Positions 29,911 through 40,089 are shown, counted from the stretch's first letter. The stretch is DNA of 64,000 nucleotides from an uncultured Alphaproteobacteria bacterium (GCA_951812805.1 CATOSZ010000007.1:13959-77958), one strand, 5' to 3'. Notes: generated by a model from the sequence alone, not told the origin. Translations and numbers: made by a program.

Positions 29911-31650
29911 TCACTGTTCCGGCAAGCCCGCCTCACGAAGCTTGTCGAGCGAGTTCCACAGGATGGAACGACGGCGACAGAACTCGATCGACAGCGCCGG
30001 CTGAAGCGCCGTCGCCCGGTCCACCGCCGCCTCGGCCTCGGACAATCGCCCAACGTTCGCCAGGGCGGCGGCAAGGTGCAATTGGGGCAGGAATCCGCCG
30101 CCCGGAATCCGACAGGCCCGCCGGCAATAGGCGATCGCCTCGTCCTGTCGCCCGAGCATGCGCAAAGCGGTTCCCTTGACCATCAGGGGCCGCCAGCGCA
30201 AGGGGTCGCGGGGACTGAGCCGAAGCGCCGTGTCGAAATGGGGCAGCGCCCGCTCGGCCCGGCGGGCGCCTATGTGATAGGCCAGGCCCATGCCGAAATG
30301 ACCCCAGGCCGAGTTGGGATTGACCGATATCGCCGTGCGCATGTCTTCGAACGCCGTTTCGAAGTCGCCTTCGGTGATGTGAATCCGGCCCAAAACGAAG
30401 TGTGCCACCGGATCGTGCGGATCAAGAGACACCGCCCGTTCGGCGAGAGCCTTGGCGCGGGCCGCCGTCGTCGTCGCATCCTCCGCCTGATCGTACTGCG
30501 ACAAGGTCCAGAGGGAATAGGAGAGGTGGGCATGCGCCGCCGCGAAATCCGGGTCGAGCGCGATGGCGTCCTCGAAGAATTTTATCGATGGAGCGCGATC
30601 GATGGCGTTGGTGCGGTACCAGAGCGAAAGGCCGCGCTGCATCAACTCCCAGGCATCGAGGGTGTCCGGCCGTTTGCGTTCGGCGCGTTCTCGTTCGTGC
30701 GCGCCGATCTCCGGCTCGACCGCGACCACGATCTGCTCGGTGATCCGGTCCTGCAGGTCGAAGACGTCGTCGAGCGTACCGTCGAAGCGGTCCGCCCACA
30801 GATGGTTCCCGCTGGCGGCGTCGATGAGCTGGGCTGTGATGCGGACCCGGTCGCCCGCCTTGCGGACGCTGCCTTCGACGACATACTGCACGCCGAGGTC
30901 CCGGCCGATCCCGGCAATGTCGCCCGCCTGGCCCTTGTAGGTGAAGGAGGAGTTCCGGGCGACGACGAACAGGGACCGGAAACGGGAGAGCGCCGTGATC
31001 ACGTCCTCGGCGATGCCGTCGGCGAAATATTCCTGCTCGGGATCGCCCGACATGTTGTCGAAGGGCAGCACCGCGATCGAAGGCTTGTCGGGGAGTGCCA
31101 GTTGGGTCTCGCCGACAGGCTCGACCGGTTCGGCAGGCCAGTGCCAGACCCTGACCGCCTCGGCGATGTTCTTCAGCTCGCTTTCGCCGCCGTCGCGGAA
31201 AACGAGGTCCAGCCGGCCGCGCACCTGGCGCATCACGTCGTCCGACACGCAGACGCCGTCGGGCGCCGCCTCCCCTTCCAGTCGCGCGGCTATGTTGACC
31301 CCGTCGCCCAGGATGTCATCCCCATCCACCGCCACATCGCCCAGGTTGACGCCGATGCGCAGGCGGATACGCGCGGCCTCGGGCACGTCGGCGTTGCGCT
31401 CCACCATCGCCCGCTGGATGGCGACCGCGCATTCGACGGCCGCCACGGCGCTCGGAAACTCGACCAGGCGGCTATCGCCGGCCGTGCCGACGAGGCGGCC
31501 GCCATGAGCTTCGGTGACGGGATCCCACACCTCCGAGCGATGCGCGTGCATGGCGGCCAGCGTGCCGGCCTCGTCCGCCGCCACCATCCGGCTGTAGCCG
31601 ACGATGTCGGCGGCAAGGATGGCGGCGAGCCTATGGGTGGGCGCACTCAT
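29911..31650 (-). CDS. Class III adenylate/guanylate cyclase fused to a periplasmic-type linker and C-terminal TPR (paralogue 1)
   Basis: LAAILAADIVGYSRM, GDS.LVEF, NLGDV.VDGDDILGDGVNIAARLE, IAVLPFDN, and TPR-like repeats at the C-terminus. The start overlaps the stop of paralogue 2 (ATGA at 31647-31650). Confidence 0.9.
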   Translation of the reverse strand: MSAPTHRLAAILAADIVGYSRMVAADEAGTLAAMHAHRSEVWDPVTEAHGGRLVGTAGDSRLVEFPSAVAAVECAVAIQRAMVERNADVPEAARIRLRIGVNLGDVAVDGDDILGDGVNIAARLEGEAAPDGVCVSDDVMRQVRGRLDLVFRDGGESELKNIAEAVRVWHWPAEPVEPVGETQLALPDKPSIAVLPFDNMSGDPEQEYFADGIAEDVITALSRFRSLFVVARNSSFTYKGQAGDIAGIGRDLGVQYVVEGSVRKAGDRVRITAQLIDAASGNHLWADRFDGTLDDVFDLQDRITEQIVVAVEPEIGAHERERAERKRPDTLDAWELMQRGLSLWYRTNAIDRAPSIKFFEDAIALDPDFAAAHAHLSYSLWTLSQYDQAEDATTTAARAKALAERAVSLDPHDPVAHFVLGRIHITEGDFETAFEDMRTAISVNPNSAWGHFGMGLAYHIGARRAERALPHFDTALRLSPRDPLRWRPLMVKGTALRMLGRQDEAIAYCRRACRIPGGGFLPQLHLAAALANVGRLSEAEAAVDRATALQPALSIEFCRRRSILWNSLDKLREAGLPEQ

Positions 31651-33425
31651 GACACGATCGGCTCCGCCGCCGTCTCCGGCAGGCCGGCCTTGCGCAGGCT
31701 GGCGACCAGGCTCTCGCGGGTCGTCTCGTGCATGCCGACGAAGGTCTCACGGACGAAATCGAGGGAAAGCCTCGGTTGAAGCCGCCGCGCGGCTTCCATG
31801 GTATCCCCGGCCTCGGCCCTCTGGCCGGCCTCGGCGAGACAGGCGGCGAGGTGCATCCGGGGAATGGCGCCGACGTTCGGCACCCGGCAGGCCGCCCGCG
31901 CGCAATCGAGTGCCGCATCGGCCTCGCCTAGAGTCCTGAGCGCGGAAGCCTTCAACATCAACACCACCCAGCGTAGCGGGTCGCGCGGGTTGAGCCGGAG
32001 CGCGGTATCGAAATGCGGCAGCGCTTCGCCGGGCTCGCCGGCGCCGTATTGCAGCGCGAAGCCGAGACCGAAGTGGCCCCGGGAGAAATTCGGATTGAGC
32101 TCGATGGCAGTCCGCATCGCGCCGAGCGCCATCTCGATCTCGCCGTCGAGGACGTGCAGGCGTCCGAGCACGAAATGGGCCATCGGATCCTCGGGATCGA
32201 GGCTCGCCGCGCGTTCGGCGATGGCGCGGGCGGTGGCGGCGGTTTCGCCGATGTCGCTCGCAAAACCCATCACGATCGTCGACCAGAACACATTGGCCAG
32301 ATTCGCGTGGGCCTGGGCGAAGCTCGGGTCCTGGGTCGTCGCCAGGCACAGCAGGCGAACGGCCTCATCGTAGTCCGCTTTGGTGAAGCTATACACGTGC
32401 GACAGCCCGCGCTGGAAGGTTTCCCAGGCGTCCATGTTTTCCGGCGGCTTGCGTGTCGCGCGATCTCGCTCGCGGGCCTCGATCTCGGGCTCGATGGCGA
32501 TGACGATTCGTTCCGTGATGCGGTCCTGAAGCTCGAAGACGTCCTCCAGGACACCGTCGAAGCGGTCGGCCCAAAGGTGCTTGCCACTCGCCGCGTCGAT
32601 CAGCTGCGCCGTGATGCGGACCCGGTTGCCGGCCTTGCGCACGCTCCCCTCGACCACATAGCGCACGCCCAGCTCCCGGCCGATCCGGGTCACGTCGACC
32701 GCATGGCCCTTGTAGGTGAACGACGAGTTCCGCGCGATCACGAAGAGGGAGCGGAACCGGCTGAGCGTGGTGATGACGTCTTCCGCGATGCCGTCGGCAA
32801 AATATTCCTGTTCGGGGTCGCCGGACATGTTTTCAAAGGGCAGAACGGCGATCGAGGGCTTGTCGGGCAACGCCAGGGCGGGCGGTGCCGCCTCCGTGGT
32901 CGCCGCGCCCGCCCAATGCCAGGTCTGAACCGGCTGGGCGATGTTCTTCAGCGCGACCGCGCCGCCGTCGCGGAAGTCGACGTCGAGCTTGCCGCGCAAC
33001 TGGCGGGCCACGTCGTCGGAGACGCAGATCCCGCCGGCCGCCGCCAGCGCCTCCAGGCGGGCGGCGACGTTGACGCCGTCGCCCAGGATGTCGTCGCCCT
33101 CGACCGCGACCTCGCCGAGGTTGATGCCGATGCGGAGCGTCACCCGGCGGTCTTCGGCGAGATCGGCGTTGTGCGCCGTCACCCCATCCTGCACGGCGAG
33201 CGCGCATTCGACCGCCGCCACGGCGCTTTGAAACTCGACCAGGATGCCGTCGCCGGCGGTGGAGACGATACGCCCGCCATGGGCCGCACTTTCGGGTTCC
33301 CAGAACGCGGCCCGGTAATCGCGGAGCGCGGCGAGCGTGCCGGCCTCGTCGGCCGCGACGAGCCGGCTGTAGCCGACGACGTCGGCCGCCAGGATCGCCG
33401 CCAGTCTCCGCTCGGTCCGTGACAT
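31647..33425 (-). CDS. Class III adenylate/guanylate cyclase-TPR protein (paralogue 2)
   Basis: Same architecture and motifs as 29911..31650. An ATG at 33425 is preferred over the GTG at 33437. Confidence 0.9.
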   Translation of the reverse strand: MSRTERRLAAILAADVVGYSRLVAADEAGTLAALRDYRAAFWEPESAAHGGRIVSTAGDGILVEFQSAVAAVECALAVQDGVTAHNADLAEDRRVTLRIGINLGEVAVEGDDILGDGVNVAARLEALAAAGGICVSDDVARQLRGKLDVDFRDGGAVALKNIAQPVQTWHWAGAATTEAAPPALALPDKPSIAVLPFENMSGDPEQEYFADGIAEDVITTLSRFRSLFVIARNSSFTYKGHAVDVTRIGRELGVRYVVEGSVRKAGNRVRITAQLIDAASGKHLWADRFDGVLEDVFELQDRITERIVIAIEPEIEARERDRATRKPPENMDAWETFQRGLSHVYSFTKADYDEAVRLLCLATTQDPSFAQAHANLANVFWSTIVMGFASDIGETAATARAIAERAASLDPEDPMAHFVLGRLHVLDGEIEMALGAMRTAIELNPNFSRGHFGLGFALQYGAGEPGEALPHFDTALRLNPRDPLRWVVLMLKASALRTLGEADAALDCARAACRVPNVGAIPRMHLAACLAEAGQRAEAGDTMEAARRLQPRLSLDFVRETFVGMHETTRESLVASLRKAGLPETAAEPIVS

Positions 33426-33485
33426 CGCCGCCTTCACACTCCTGTTTCGCAGGTGGCGTACTTTAGCGTGTACGCCAATTCGCGC

Positions 33486-35243
33486 TCAATCCGGCAGGCC
33501 GGCGCGGCGCAGGCCGTCGAGGAAGCGCGCCTGGTCGCCTGCATCGGCGAAGGGCATCCAGCTGCGTCGCCATTGCGCGACGTCCGGGCGCAGGCGGCGA
33601 TAGTCGTCGAGGGCGGCCCGCGCCGCCGCCGCGTCGCCCGCGAGGCCGAGGGCGGCGGCGAGATGAAGGTAGGGTTCGGGATGTTCCGGCTGCAGGGCGA
33701 TCGCCTGCCGGGCCCAGTCCTCGGCCTCGCCATAACGGGCGGCGACGAAGTGGGCGAGCGCGCCATAGGTCAGGAACACGTTGAGACGGGGATCGTTCGG
33801 GCTGAGGCTGCGGGCTTTCTCGATGTGCGCCAACGCCTCGTCCGGCCGCCCCATCAGACCGAGGGCGACGCCGACCCCGTTGTGGGCGTGCGCATAGGAA
33901 GGATTGCACTCGGCCGAACGGATCGCCGCGGCGAGGCCCGCCGCATGGTCGCCGCGGCGCAGGTGCGCGACGCACAGGGTGAAATGGGCGATGTAGTCGG
34001 CGCCGTCCAACCGCACGGCGCGCCGCGCATGCTGCATGACCCGGTCCAGCGTCCCGTCGTCGAAGGCGGCGAAATCGAACTGCATGTCGCGGTGATAGGC
34101 GAAGGCGAGGCCGGCGTGCGCCCGCCCGTAGTCGGGATCGAGGTCGAGGGCCCGGGCGAACATCTCCTTGGCGCGGAGGTTGTTCGCCTCGGAGAAATCG
34201 TTCAGGCAGGCGAGGCCCTGCAAGGCGCAGTCCCAGGCGCCGAGATCGCGCGGCGGCAGCGCGATGAGCCGCTTGTGCTCGCTCCGCTCCAGCTCCGGCA
34301 CCACGACGGCGACGATGCCCTGGGTCAGCTCGTCCTGCAACGCGAAGATGTCGTCGAGGGTGCGGTCGTAACGCTCGGCCCAGACGTGGTGGCCGGTCTC
34401 CGCGTCGATCAGCTGGGCGGTGACGCGGACCCGCTCGCCGCCCTTGCGCACGCTGCCCTCCAGCACATAGCGCGCGCCCAGACGCTCACCCACCTCGCGG
34501 ATATCGGGCGAGGTGCCCTTGTAGGCGAAGCTGGAATTGCGCGCGACCACGGGGAAAGACCGCCAGAGTGAGAGCGCGGTGATGATGTCCTCGGACAGGC
34601 CGTCGGCGAAATATTCCTGTTCCCCGTCCCCCGACAAGTTGTCGAAGGGCAGCACGGCGACGGCCGGGCGTTCGCGCACCGCTTCCAGGGTGCGGGCGAT
34701 CTCCGCCGCCTCACCGGCGCCCTCGAGCTCGATGGCGTAGACATGCACCGGCTCGGGCACGTTCTTCACCCGTTGCGGGCCGAGGTCGACGAAGGTCGCC
34801 TCGAGCTTGCCGCGCACCTGGCGCCAGACGTCGCCCGACAGGCAGATCCCGCCGGGCTCGGCCAGCGCCTCCAGCCGGGCGGCGATATTGACCCCGTCGC
34901 CGAAGATGTCGCCGTCCTCGACCACCACCTCGCCGAGATTGACGCCGACACGCAGGCGGATGCGGCGCTCCTCGGCGACGTCGTCGTTGCGGGTGGCCAT
35001 GCCGCGCTGCACGGCGAGCGCGCTCTCGATCGCGGCCACGGCGCTCTGGAATTCGATCAGCAGGCTGTCACCGGCGGTGCCGACGACACGGCCGCCGTGC
35101 GCCGCGGTGGTCGGATCCCACAACTCGCGGCGATGCGCGCGCATCGCCGACAGCGTACCGGCCTCGTCGGCGGCCAGCAACCGGCTGTAGCCGACGACGT
35201 CGGCCGCCAGGATCGCGGCGAGGCGGCGGGTTGTGGCGGACAT
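33486..35243 (-). CDS. Class III adenylate/guanylate cyclase-TPR protein (paralogue 3)
   Basis: Same architecture as the other two. The start is the ATG at 35243 (MSATTRRLAAILAADVVGYSRL). Confidence 0.9.
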   Translation of the reverse strand: MSATTRRLAAILAADVVGYSRLLAADEAGTLSAMRAHRRELWDPTTAAHGGRVVGTAGDSLLIEFQSAVAAIESALAVQRGMATRNDDVAEERRIRLRVGVNLGEVVVEDGDIFGDGVNIAARLEALAEPGGICLSGDVWRQVRGKLEATFVDLGPQRVKNVPEPVHVYAIELEGAGEAAEIARTLEAVRERPAVAVLPFDNLSGDGEQEYFADGLSEDIITALSLWRSFPVVARNSSFAYKGTSPDIREVGERLGARYVLEGSVRKGGERVRVTAQLIDAETGHHVWAERYDRTLDDIFALQDELTQGIVAVVVPELERSEHKRLIALPPRDLGAWDCALQGLACLNDFSEANNLRAKEMFARALDLDPDYGRAHAGLAFAYHRDMQFDFAAFDDGTLDRVMQHARRAVRLDGADYIAHFTLCVAHLRRGDHAAGLAAAIRSAECNPSYAHAHNGVGVALGLMGRPDEALAHIEKARSLSPNDPRLNVFLTYGALAHFVAARYGEAEDWARQAIALQPEHPEPYLHLAAALGLAGDAAAARAALDDYRRLRPDVAQWRRSWMPFADAGDQARFLDGLRRAGLPD

Positions 35244-35389
35244 GGAGAAGCCTCCGGGAAATATCGCGTCCAATGTAGCGGTTTTCGCGCAACCTTGATA
35301 ACGGCGGCCCCGCTCCCTATTCTAAAGGTCTGGGGTTCGCGATCGCCCCGTGAGGCGTCAGCCTGAGAGTCGCGCCTGCAACCCTGAAA

Positions 35390-36235
35390 ATGAAGGGAGG
35401 GCGCCTCGTGGCCTCACCAACCGAAATCACCGTCACTCAACTGACCCGCCGGATCGGCCTGCCCGATTGCCCGGACATCGTTGACGTCCGCATCGACGAG
35501 GACTGGGACCTCGACCCCCGCCTGCTGCCGGGTGCCCGGCGTCTGCCGCACGACGATCTCGAACGCTGGGCGAGCGACTATGCCGGCCGCAAGGTCGTCG
35601 TGGTCTGTCAGGCGGGCAAGAAGCTCAGCCAGGGGGTCGCAGCCCTCCTGCGCCAGGACGGCATCGACGCGGAAACCCTGGAAGGCGGCTTCGCCGCCTG
35701 GGCGGCGGCCGAGGGCCCGGCCATCGTCGAGGCCAAGCTGCCGCCACGCGACGCGCGCGGCCGCACGGTCTGGGTCACCCGCCTACGCCCGAAGATCGAC
35801 CGCATCGCCTGTCCCTGGCTGATCCGCCGCTTCGTCGACCCGCGTGCCGCCTTCCTCTTCGTCTCGGCCGATGAGGTCGAACGGGTGGCCGAACGCTTCG
35901 CCGCCACCCCCTTCGATATCGAGGACGGCTTCTGGAGCCACCGGGGCGAGGCCTGCACCTTCGACACAATGCTGGAGGAGTTCGCCCTGAACACCGCCCC
36001 CCTCGCCCGCCTGGCGCGGATCGTGCGCGGTGCGGACACGGACCGCCTCGACCTGGCGCCGGAGGCGGCCGGGCTGCTCGCCGCCTCGCTCGGCTTCTCG
36101 CGGATGTACCGCGACGACCTCGAACAGCTGGAACAATCGATGGCGCTCTATGACGCGTTCTATCGCTGGTGCCGGGACGCGGTGGGCGAGGGCCACGACT
36201 GGCCGCCGGCCAAGAGCGGGGGACGGGGTCAATGA
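35390..36235 (+). CDS. Rhodanese-domain / ChrB C-terminal-domain fusion protein (chromate-resistance-associated)
   Basis: The N-terminal rhodanese-like segment has the active-site-type loop VVVCQAGKKLS. The C-terminal part shows WVTR.RPKIDRIACPWLIRRFVDP, typical of ChrB-type proteins. A GTG at 35408 with a GGGAGGG SD is an alternative start. Confidence 0.8.
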   Translation: MKGGRLVASPTEITVTQLTRRIGLPDCPDIVDVRIDEDWDLDPRLLPGARRLPHDDLERWASDYAGRKVVVVCQAGKKLSQGVAALLRQDGIDAETLEGGFAAWAAAEGPAIVEAKLPPRDARGRTVWVTRLRPKIDRIACPWLIRRFVDPRAAFLFVSADEVERVAERFAATPFDIEDGFWSHRGEACTFDTMLEEFALNTAPLARLARIVRGADTDRLDLAPEAAGLLAASLGFSRMYRDDLEQLEQSMALYDAFYRWCRDAVGEGHDWPPAKSGGRGQ

Positions 36236-37611
36236 GCCGGAGCGACACCGCCGTCACGGCGGAGCCCGGGGCCGGGATCGGCGGTTATCCCGACCTGGCG
36301 ACGGCGACCCGGGTGTGGCTGCGCATCGGCTGCCTCTCCTTCGGCGGCCCGGCGGGGCAGATCGCGCTGATGCACCGCGAGGTGGTGGAGGAGCAGCGTT
36401 GGATCGGCGAGAAGCGCTTCCTGCACGCCCTCAATTTCTGCTCCCTCCTGCCGGGGCCGGAAGCGCAGCAGCTGGCGACCTACCTCGGCTGGCTGCTGCA
36501 CGGCGCCAAGGGCGGCTTCATCGCCGGCCTGCTGTTCATCCTGCCGGGCGCGGCGGTGATGCTGGCGCTGTCGGCGGTCTTCGTCACCGCCGGCGAGGTG
36601 CCGGCGGTCGCCGCCGTGTTCTTCGGCCTGAAGTGCGCCGTGCTGGTGATCGTGCTGCAAGCCCTGGTCAAGGTGGCGGAGCGCGCGTTGAAGGGCCGCG
36701 TGCCCTGGGCGATGGCGATCGCCGCCTTCACGGCGCTGTTCCTGTTGGGCATCCCCTTCCCGGCGGTCGTGCTGGGCGCGGCGTTGATCGGCGCGGCCTT
36801 GCCGAAATGGTTTCAGCCGGCGAGCCACGGCAGCGCGTCGGCGGACGGCGAGGCGGTGCTCGACCAGGCGATGGCCCGGGACCCTGACTTCGCCCGCCGG
36901 CGCGAACGGGGCGCCCGGCGGGCCGGCCTGCTGGCGCTGGCGCTCTGGGCCGCGCCGGTCGTCGCATTGGTGCCGCTCGCGGGCCTGTGGGGCGATGTCG
37001 CCTGGTTCTTCTCCAAGATGGCGGTGGTGACCTTCGGCGGCGCCTACGCGGTGCTGGCCTATGTCGCGCAGGAGGCGGTCACCGGCTACGGCTGGCTGGC
37101 GCCAGGCGAGATGCTGACCGGCCTGGGCCTGGCCGAGACGACGCCCGGACCGCTGATCCTGGTGTTGCAGTTCGTCGGCTTTCTCGCCGGCCATGGCGCG
37201 GCCGGGGGGCCGGGCGGGATCGTCGGCGGCGTCGCGGCGAGCGTGCTGACGCTGTGGGTCACCTTCGCCCCCTGCTTCGCCTTCGTCTTCCTGGGCGCCC
37301 CGATGATCGAGCGGATCCGCGAAAAGCGGGCGCTGGCCGCCGCGCTCACGGCGATCACGGCGGCGGTCGTCGGCGTCATCGCCAACCTCGCGCTCTGGTT
37401 CGGCCTGCGCGTCGTCTTCGCCGAGCTGAAACCGGTGGCGCTCGGACCGGTCGATATCGAGCTGCCGGTGCCGGCCAGCATCGATCCGCTGGCGGCGGCG
37501 ATCACCGTCGTCGCGGCGATCGCGCTGTTCCGCTTTCAGCTGGGCGTCATCAAGACCCTGGCGCTGGCGAGCGGCATCGGCCTCGTTTGTCGGGCCGGCC
37601 TCGGCTGGTAG
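36232..37611 (+). CDS. chrA: Chromate ion transporter (CHR family) ChrA
   Basis: GCLSFGGPAGQIALMH.EVVE...W, LLPGPEAQQLATYLGW, and a duplicated half containing FGGAYAVL. The ATG overlaps the upstream stop (ATGA). Confidence 0.9.
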   Translation: MSRSDTAVTAEPGAGIGGYPDLATATRVWLRIGCLSFGGPAGQIALMHREVVEEQRWIGEKRFLHALNFCSLLPGPEAQQLATYLGWLLHGAKGGFIAGLLFILPGAAVMLALSAVFVTAGEVPAVAAVFFGLKCAVLVIVLQALVKVAERALKGRVPWAMAIAAFTALFLLGIPFPAVVLGAALIGAALPKWFQPASHGSASADGEAVLDQAMARDPDFARRRERGARRAGLLALALWAAPVVALVPLAGLWGDVAWFFSKMAVVTFGGAYAVLAYVAQEAVTGYGWLAPGEMLTGLGLAETTPGPLILVLQFVGFLAGHGAAGGPGGIVGGVAASVLTLWVTFAPCFAFVFLGAPMIERIREKRALAAALTAITAAVVGVIANLALWFGLRVVFAELKPVALGPVDIELPVPASIDPLAAAITVVAAIALFRFQLGVIKTLALASGIGLVCRAGLGW

Positions 37612-37623
37612 GGGCGAGCCGCG

Positions 37624-38361
37624 TCAGCGCCCCTTGAACACGGGGCTTCGCTTTTCGCGAATGCTGGCGCGGCCCTCTTCCCCGTCCTCGCTGTTGGAGA
37701 CGATGTCGGTCTGGGCGCGGGCGATGCCGGCGGCCTCGGTTGGCCCCTTGGGAATGACATGTTGCGTGAACCGCTTCAGGGTCGACATGACGAGGGGCGC
37801 GTTGCCGGCGAGCTTGGTGGCGTACTCCATCGCCGTCGCCATCACCTGGTCGCTGGGCACCACCTTGTTGACGAAACCGACCTCGTAGGCCCGCTGAGCG
37901 GTCATGTCTTCGCCGACCAACAGCAGCTCCATTGCCACCTTGTGCGGGATGCGGGCCACCAAGCCGCTGATCAAGCCACCGGTGAAGCCCAGCTTGGCTT
38001 CGGGATAGCTGAACCTGGCGTCTTCCGACATCACACAGAGATCGGCCATCTGCACCAGCACCATGGCGCCGCCGACGCACCAGCCGTTTACGGCGGCGAT
38101 CACAGGCTTGTCGACCGGCACGCCGATGCTCGGCATGAAGGACCAGAGATCGCCCGGCGCCCGTAGATCCGCACCGGCGGAGAACACCTTGTCGCCGGCG
38201 CCGGTCAGAATCGCCACCTTGTCGTCGCTGGCATTGAAGCGTTGCCAGGCCGCCTTCAGACCCTCGCCGACTTCCGTGTTCAGGGCATTGGCCTTGTCGG
38301 CCCGGTTGATGGTGATGACGGCGATGTCATCCTGACTTTCATAGGTGATGATGTCGGACAT
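37624..38361 (-). CDS. Enoyl-CoA hydratase/isomerase family
   Basis: INRADKANAL, LTGAGDKVFSAGADL, AAVNGWCVGGAM. Confidence 0.9.
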   Translation of the reverse strand: MSDIITYESQDDIAVITINRADKANALNTEVGEGLKAAWQRFNASDDKVAILTGAGDKVFSAGADLRAPGDLWSFMPSIGVPVDKPVIAAVNGWCVGGAMVLVQMADLCVMSEDARFSYPEAKLGFTGGLISGLVARIPHKVAMELLLVGEDMTAQRAYEVGFVNKVVPSDQVMATAMEYATKLAGNAPLVMSTLKRFTQHVIPKGPTEAAGIARAQTDIVSNSEDGEEGRASIREKRSPVFKGR

Positions 38362-38409
38362 GGGCGGGTTTCAGCCTCCGATCGTCGGATTGGGAATGTG
38401 GACGCAGAT

Positions 38410-39351
38410 CTATTCGGCGGCCTGCAGGCTCCGGGCGAGGTCGAAACCGTAGACGCGGTCGAGATCGAGATCGCGGGCGATCTGCATGCCCTTCTCCAGC
38501 GCCTCGCCCTCATAGGCCGAAAGCGGCTTGCGCAGCGGGCCCGCGGGCAGGCCGACGGCGGCCATCAGCGACTTGATCGGGATCGGATTCACCGCCGAAT
38601 AGGCGTAGTGCAGCATCGGCAGGTTGCGCAGCCAGGCCTCGCGGAAGGCGAGCGTGTCCTGGTGGCTGTCCCACGGCTTGGAGATCACCGCCATCTCGCG
38701 CGGGATGATGTTGCCGGTCATGTTGGCGGTGCCGTGGCCGCCGAGGCTCATCATCGGCACCACGAGGCCGAGGTTGGGCGAGCAGCAGCACATCAGGCTC
38801 AAATCCGGGTTGGCCGCGGCGATCTGGGCGACCTGGGCGGTGCGCGCGGTCGATTCCTTCAACACCAGGACGTTCGGATGTTCGGCAATGCGCAGCACGT
38901 CGGCCGCGGTCAGGTCGGTCTGCACCCGGGGCGGATTGTTATAGATGCCGAGGGGGATTTCCGAGGCGTCGGCGACGTCGAGGAAGAAGCGGACGATGTC
39001 CTCGTTCGGCGCGCAGATATAGGGCGGGGCGGCGATGACGGCACCGTCGGCGCCTTCCGCCGCCGCTTGCGCCACATAGGCGATGGTCGATTCCGTCGTC
39101 GGTCCGGTACAGCCGTACCACATCTCCATGCCGGGCTTGCGGAATTTCAGCGTCTCGCGCACGACCGCGTGGCGTTCCTCCGCGCTCAGCATCGAGACCT
39201 CGCCGGAAGACCCCATGATCAGCAGGGCGCTGGTCAGGTTCTCGTCATGAAAATCGACCAGCGTGCGAAAGCCTTCGAAATCCAGGCTGTAGTCCTGGTT
39301 GAAGGGCGTGATCAGGGCGACGAACGAGCCGGTCAGGCGACGCTTGGCCAT
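38410..39351 (-). CDS. Dihydrodipicolinate synthase/N-acetylneuraminate lyase-family aldolase (DapA-like)
   Basis: TPF.....LD...F..LV, GSSGE, the YNNP motif and the LKES lysine region. The start is the ATG at 39351. Confidence 0.88.
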   Translation of the reverse strand: MAKRRLTGSFVALITPFNQDYSLDFEGFRTLVDFHDENLTSALLIMGSSGEVSMLSAEERHAVVRETLKFRKPGMEMWYGCTGPTTESTIAYVAQAAAEGADGAVIAAPPYICAPNEDIVRFFLDVADASEIPLGIYNNPPRVQTDLTAADVLRIAEHPNVLVLKESTARTAQVAQIAAANPDLSLMCCCSPNLGLVVPMMSLGGHGTANMTGNIIPREMAVISKPWDSHQDTLAFREAWLRNLPMLHYAYSAVNPIPIKSLMAAVGLPAGPLRKPLSAYEGEALEKGMQIARDLDLDRVYGFDLARSLQAAE

Positions 39352-39525
39352 GGGTTGAACCTCCTTGGATGCGACGTGACGCCATAATGCGCGCTTTTGC
39401 GGTCCGTGCAAGGTCTGGCGGGCATGAAACCGGCAATCCGGCGGGCCCAGACTGGACTTCCTCCGCCTCGGCGGTTATGCAACGCGAATTCACCATGAAC
39501 GTCCCGTCTCTGGAGGTCGAGAGCA

Positions 39526-40089
39526 TTGAGCAAGCATGAGCCGAGTTTCGCCGATCGTTTGAACGTGGCGGCGAAGGCGAAGCAGAACCTGCTTGAAAAA
39601 GCCAAAGCGAAAGCCCCTGCCAACGATCCGAACTTCGCCGAACGCCAGGCGGCACGGCGGGAGCGGAGCCTGGCCCGCGAGGCGCGCGCCGCCGAACGCA
39701 GGGCCGCGAAGGAAGCCGAAAAAGCCCGCAAGGTCGCCGAGGAAGAAGCGCGCCTGGCCGCACTCGCCGCCGAAGAGGAGGCGAAGGAGGTCGAACGCGC
39801 CGAGGAGGCCGCCCGCGAAATCGCCCACGCGGCCGAGCGCAAGGCGGCACGGGACGCCCGCTACGCCGCCCGCAAGGCCCGCCAGAAAAAGAGATGGCCC
39901 GTTCGCGCCGCGGGTTCTTGCCGCTGCGAACCGGTATCGAGCCTCGCGTCAGCGCAGACCGTGTTGCGTTTCGACCTTGAAGGCCCGCCGTGGCGCGCCG
40001 AGGTTCGGGCGTCGTTCGTCGTTCTTGGCCGACCAACAGAGCGACCGCCCCGTATCCGTCAGACGGTACTCCTTGTACCAGTAAAATAA
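39526..40089 (+). CDS. Small Lys/Ala/Glu-rich protein (DUF6481-like) with an atypical 3' extension
   Basis: MSKHEPSFADRLNVAAKAKQNLLEKAKA...ARDARYAARKARQKK resembles short alphaproteobacterial proteins that normally end near that point. Here the frame stays open for about 65 more codons and overlaps the convergent gene. Confidence 0.55.
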   Translation: MSKHEPSFADRLNVAAKAKQNLLEKAKAKAPANDPNFAERQAARRERSLAREARAAERRAAKEAEKARKVAEEEARLAALAAEEEAKEVERAEEAAREIAHAAERKAARDARYAARKARQKKRWPVRAAGSCRCEPVSSLASAQTVLRFDLEGPPWRAEVRASFVVLGRPTERPPRIRQTVLLVPVK

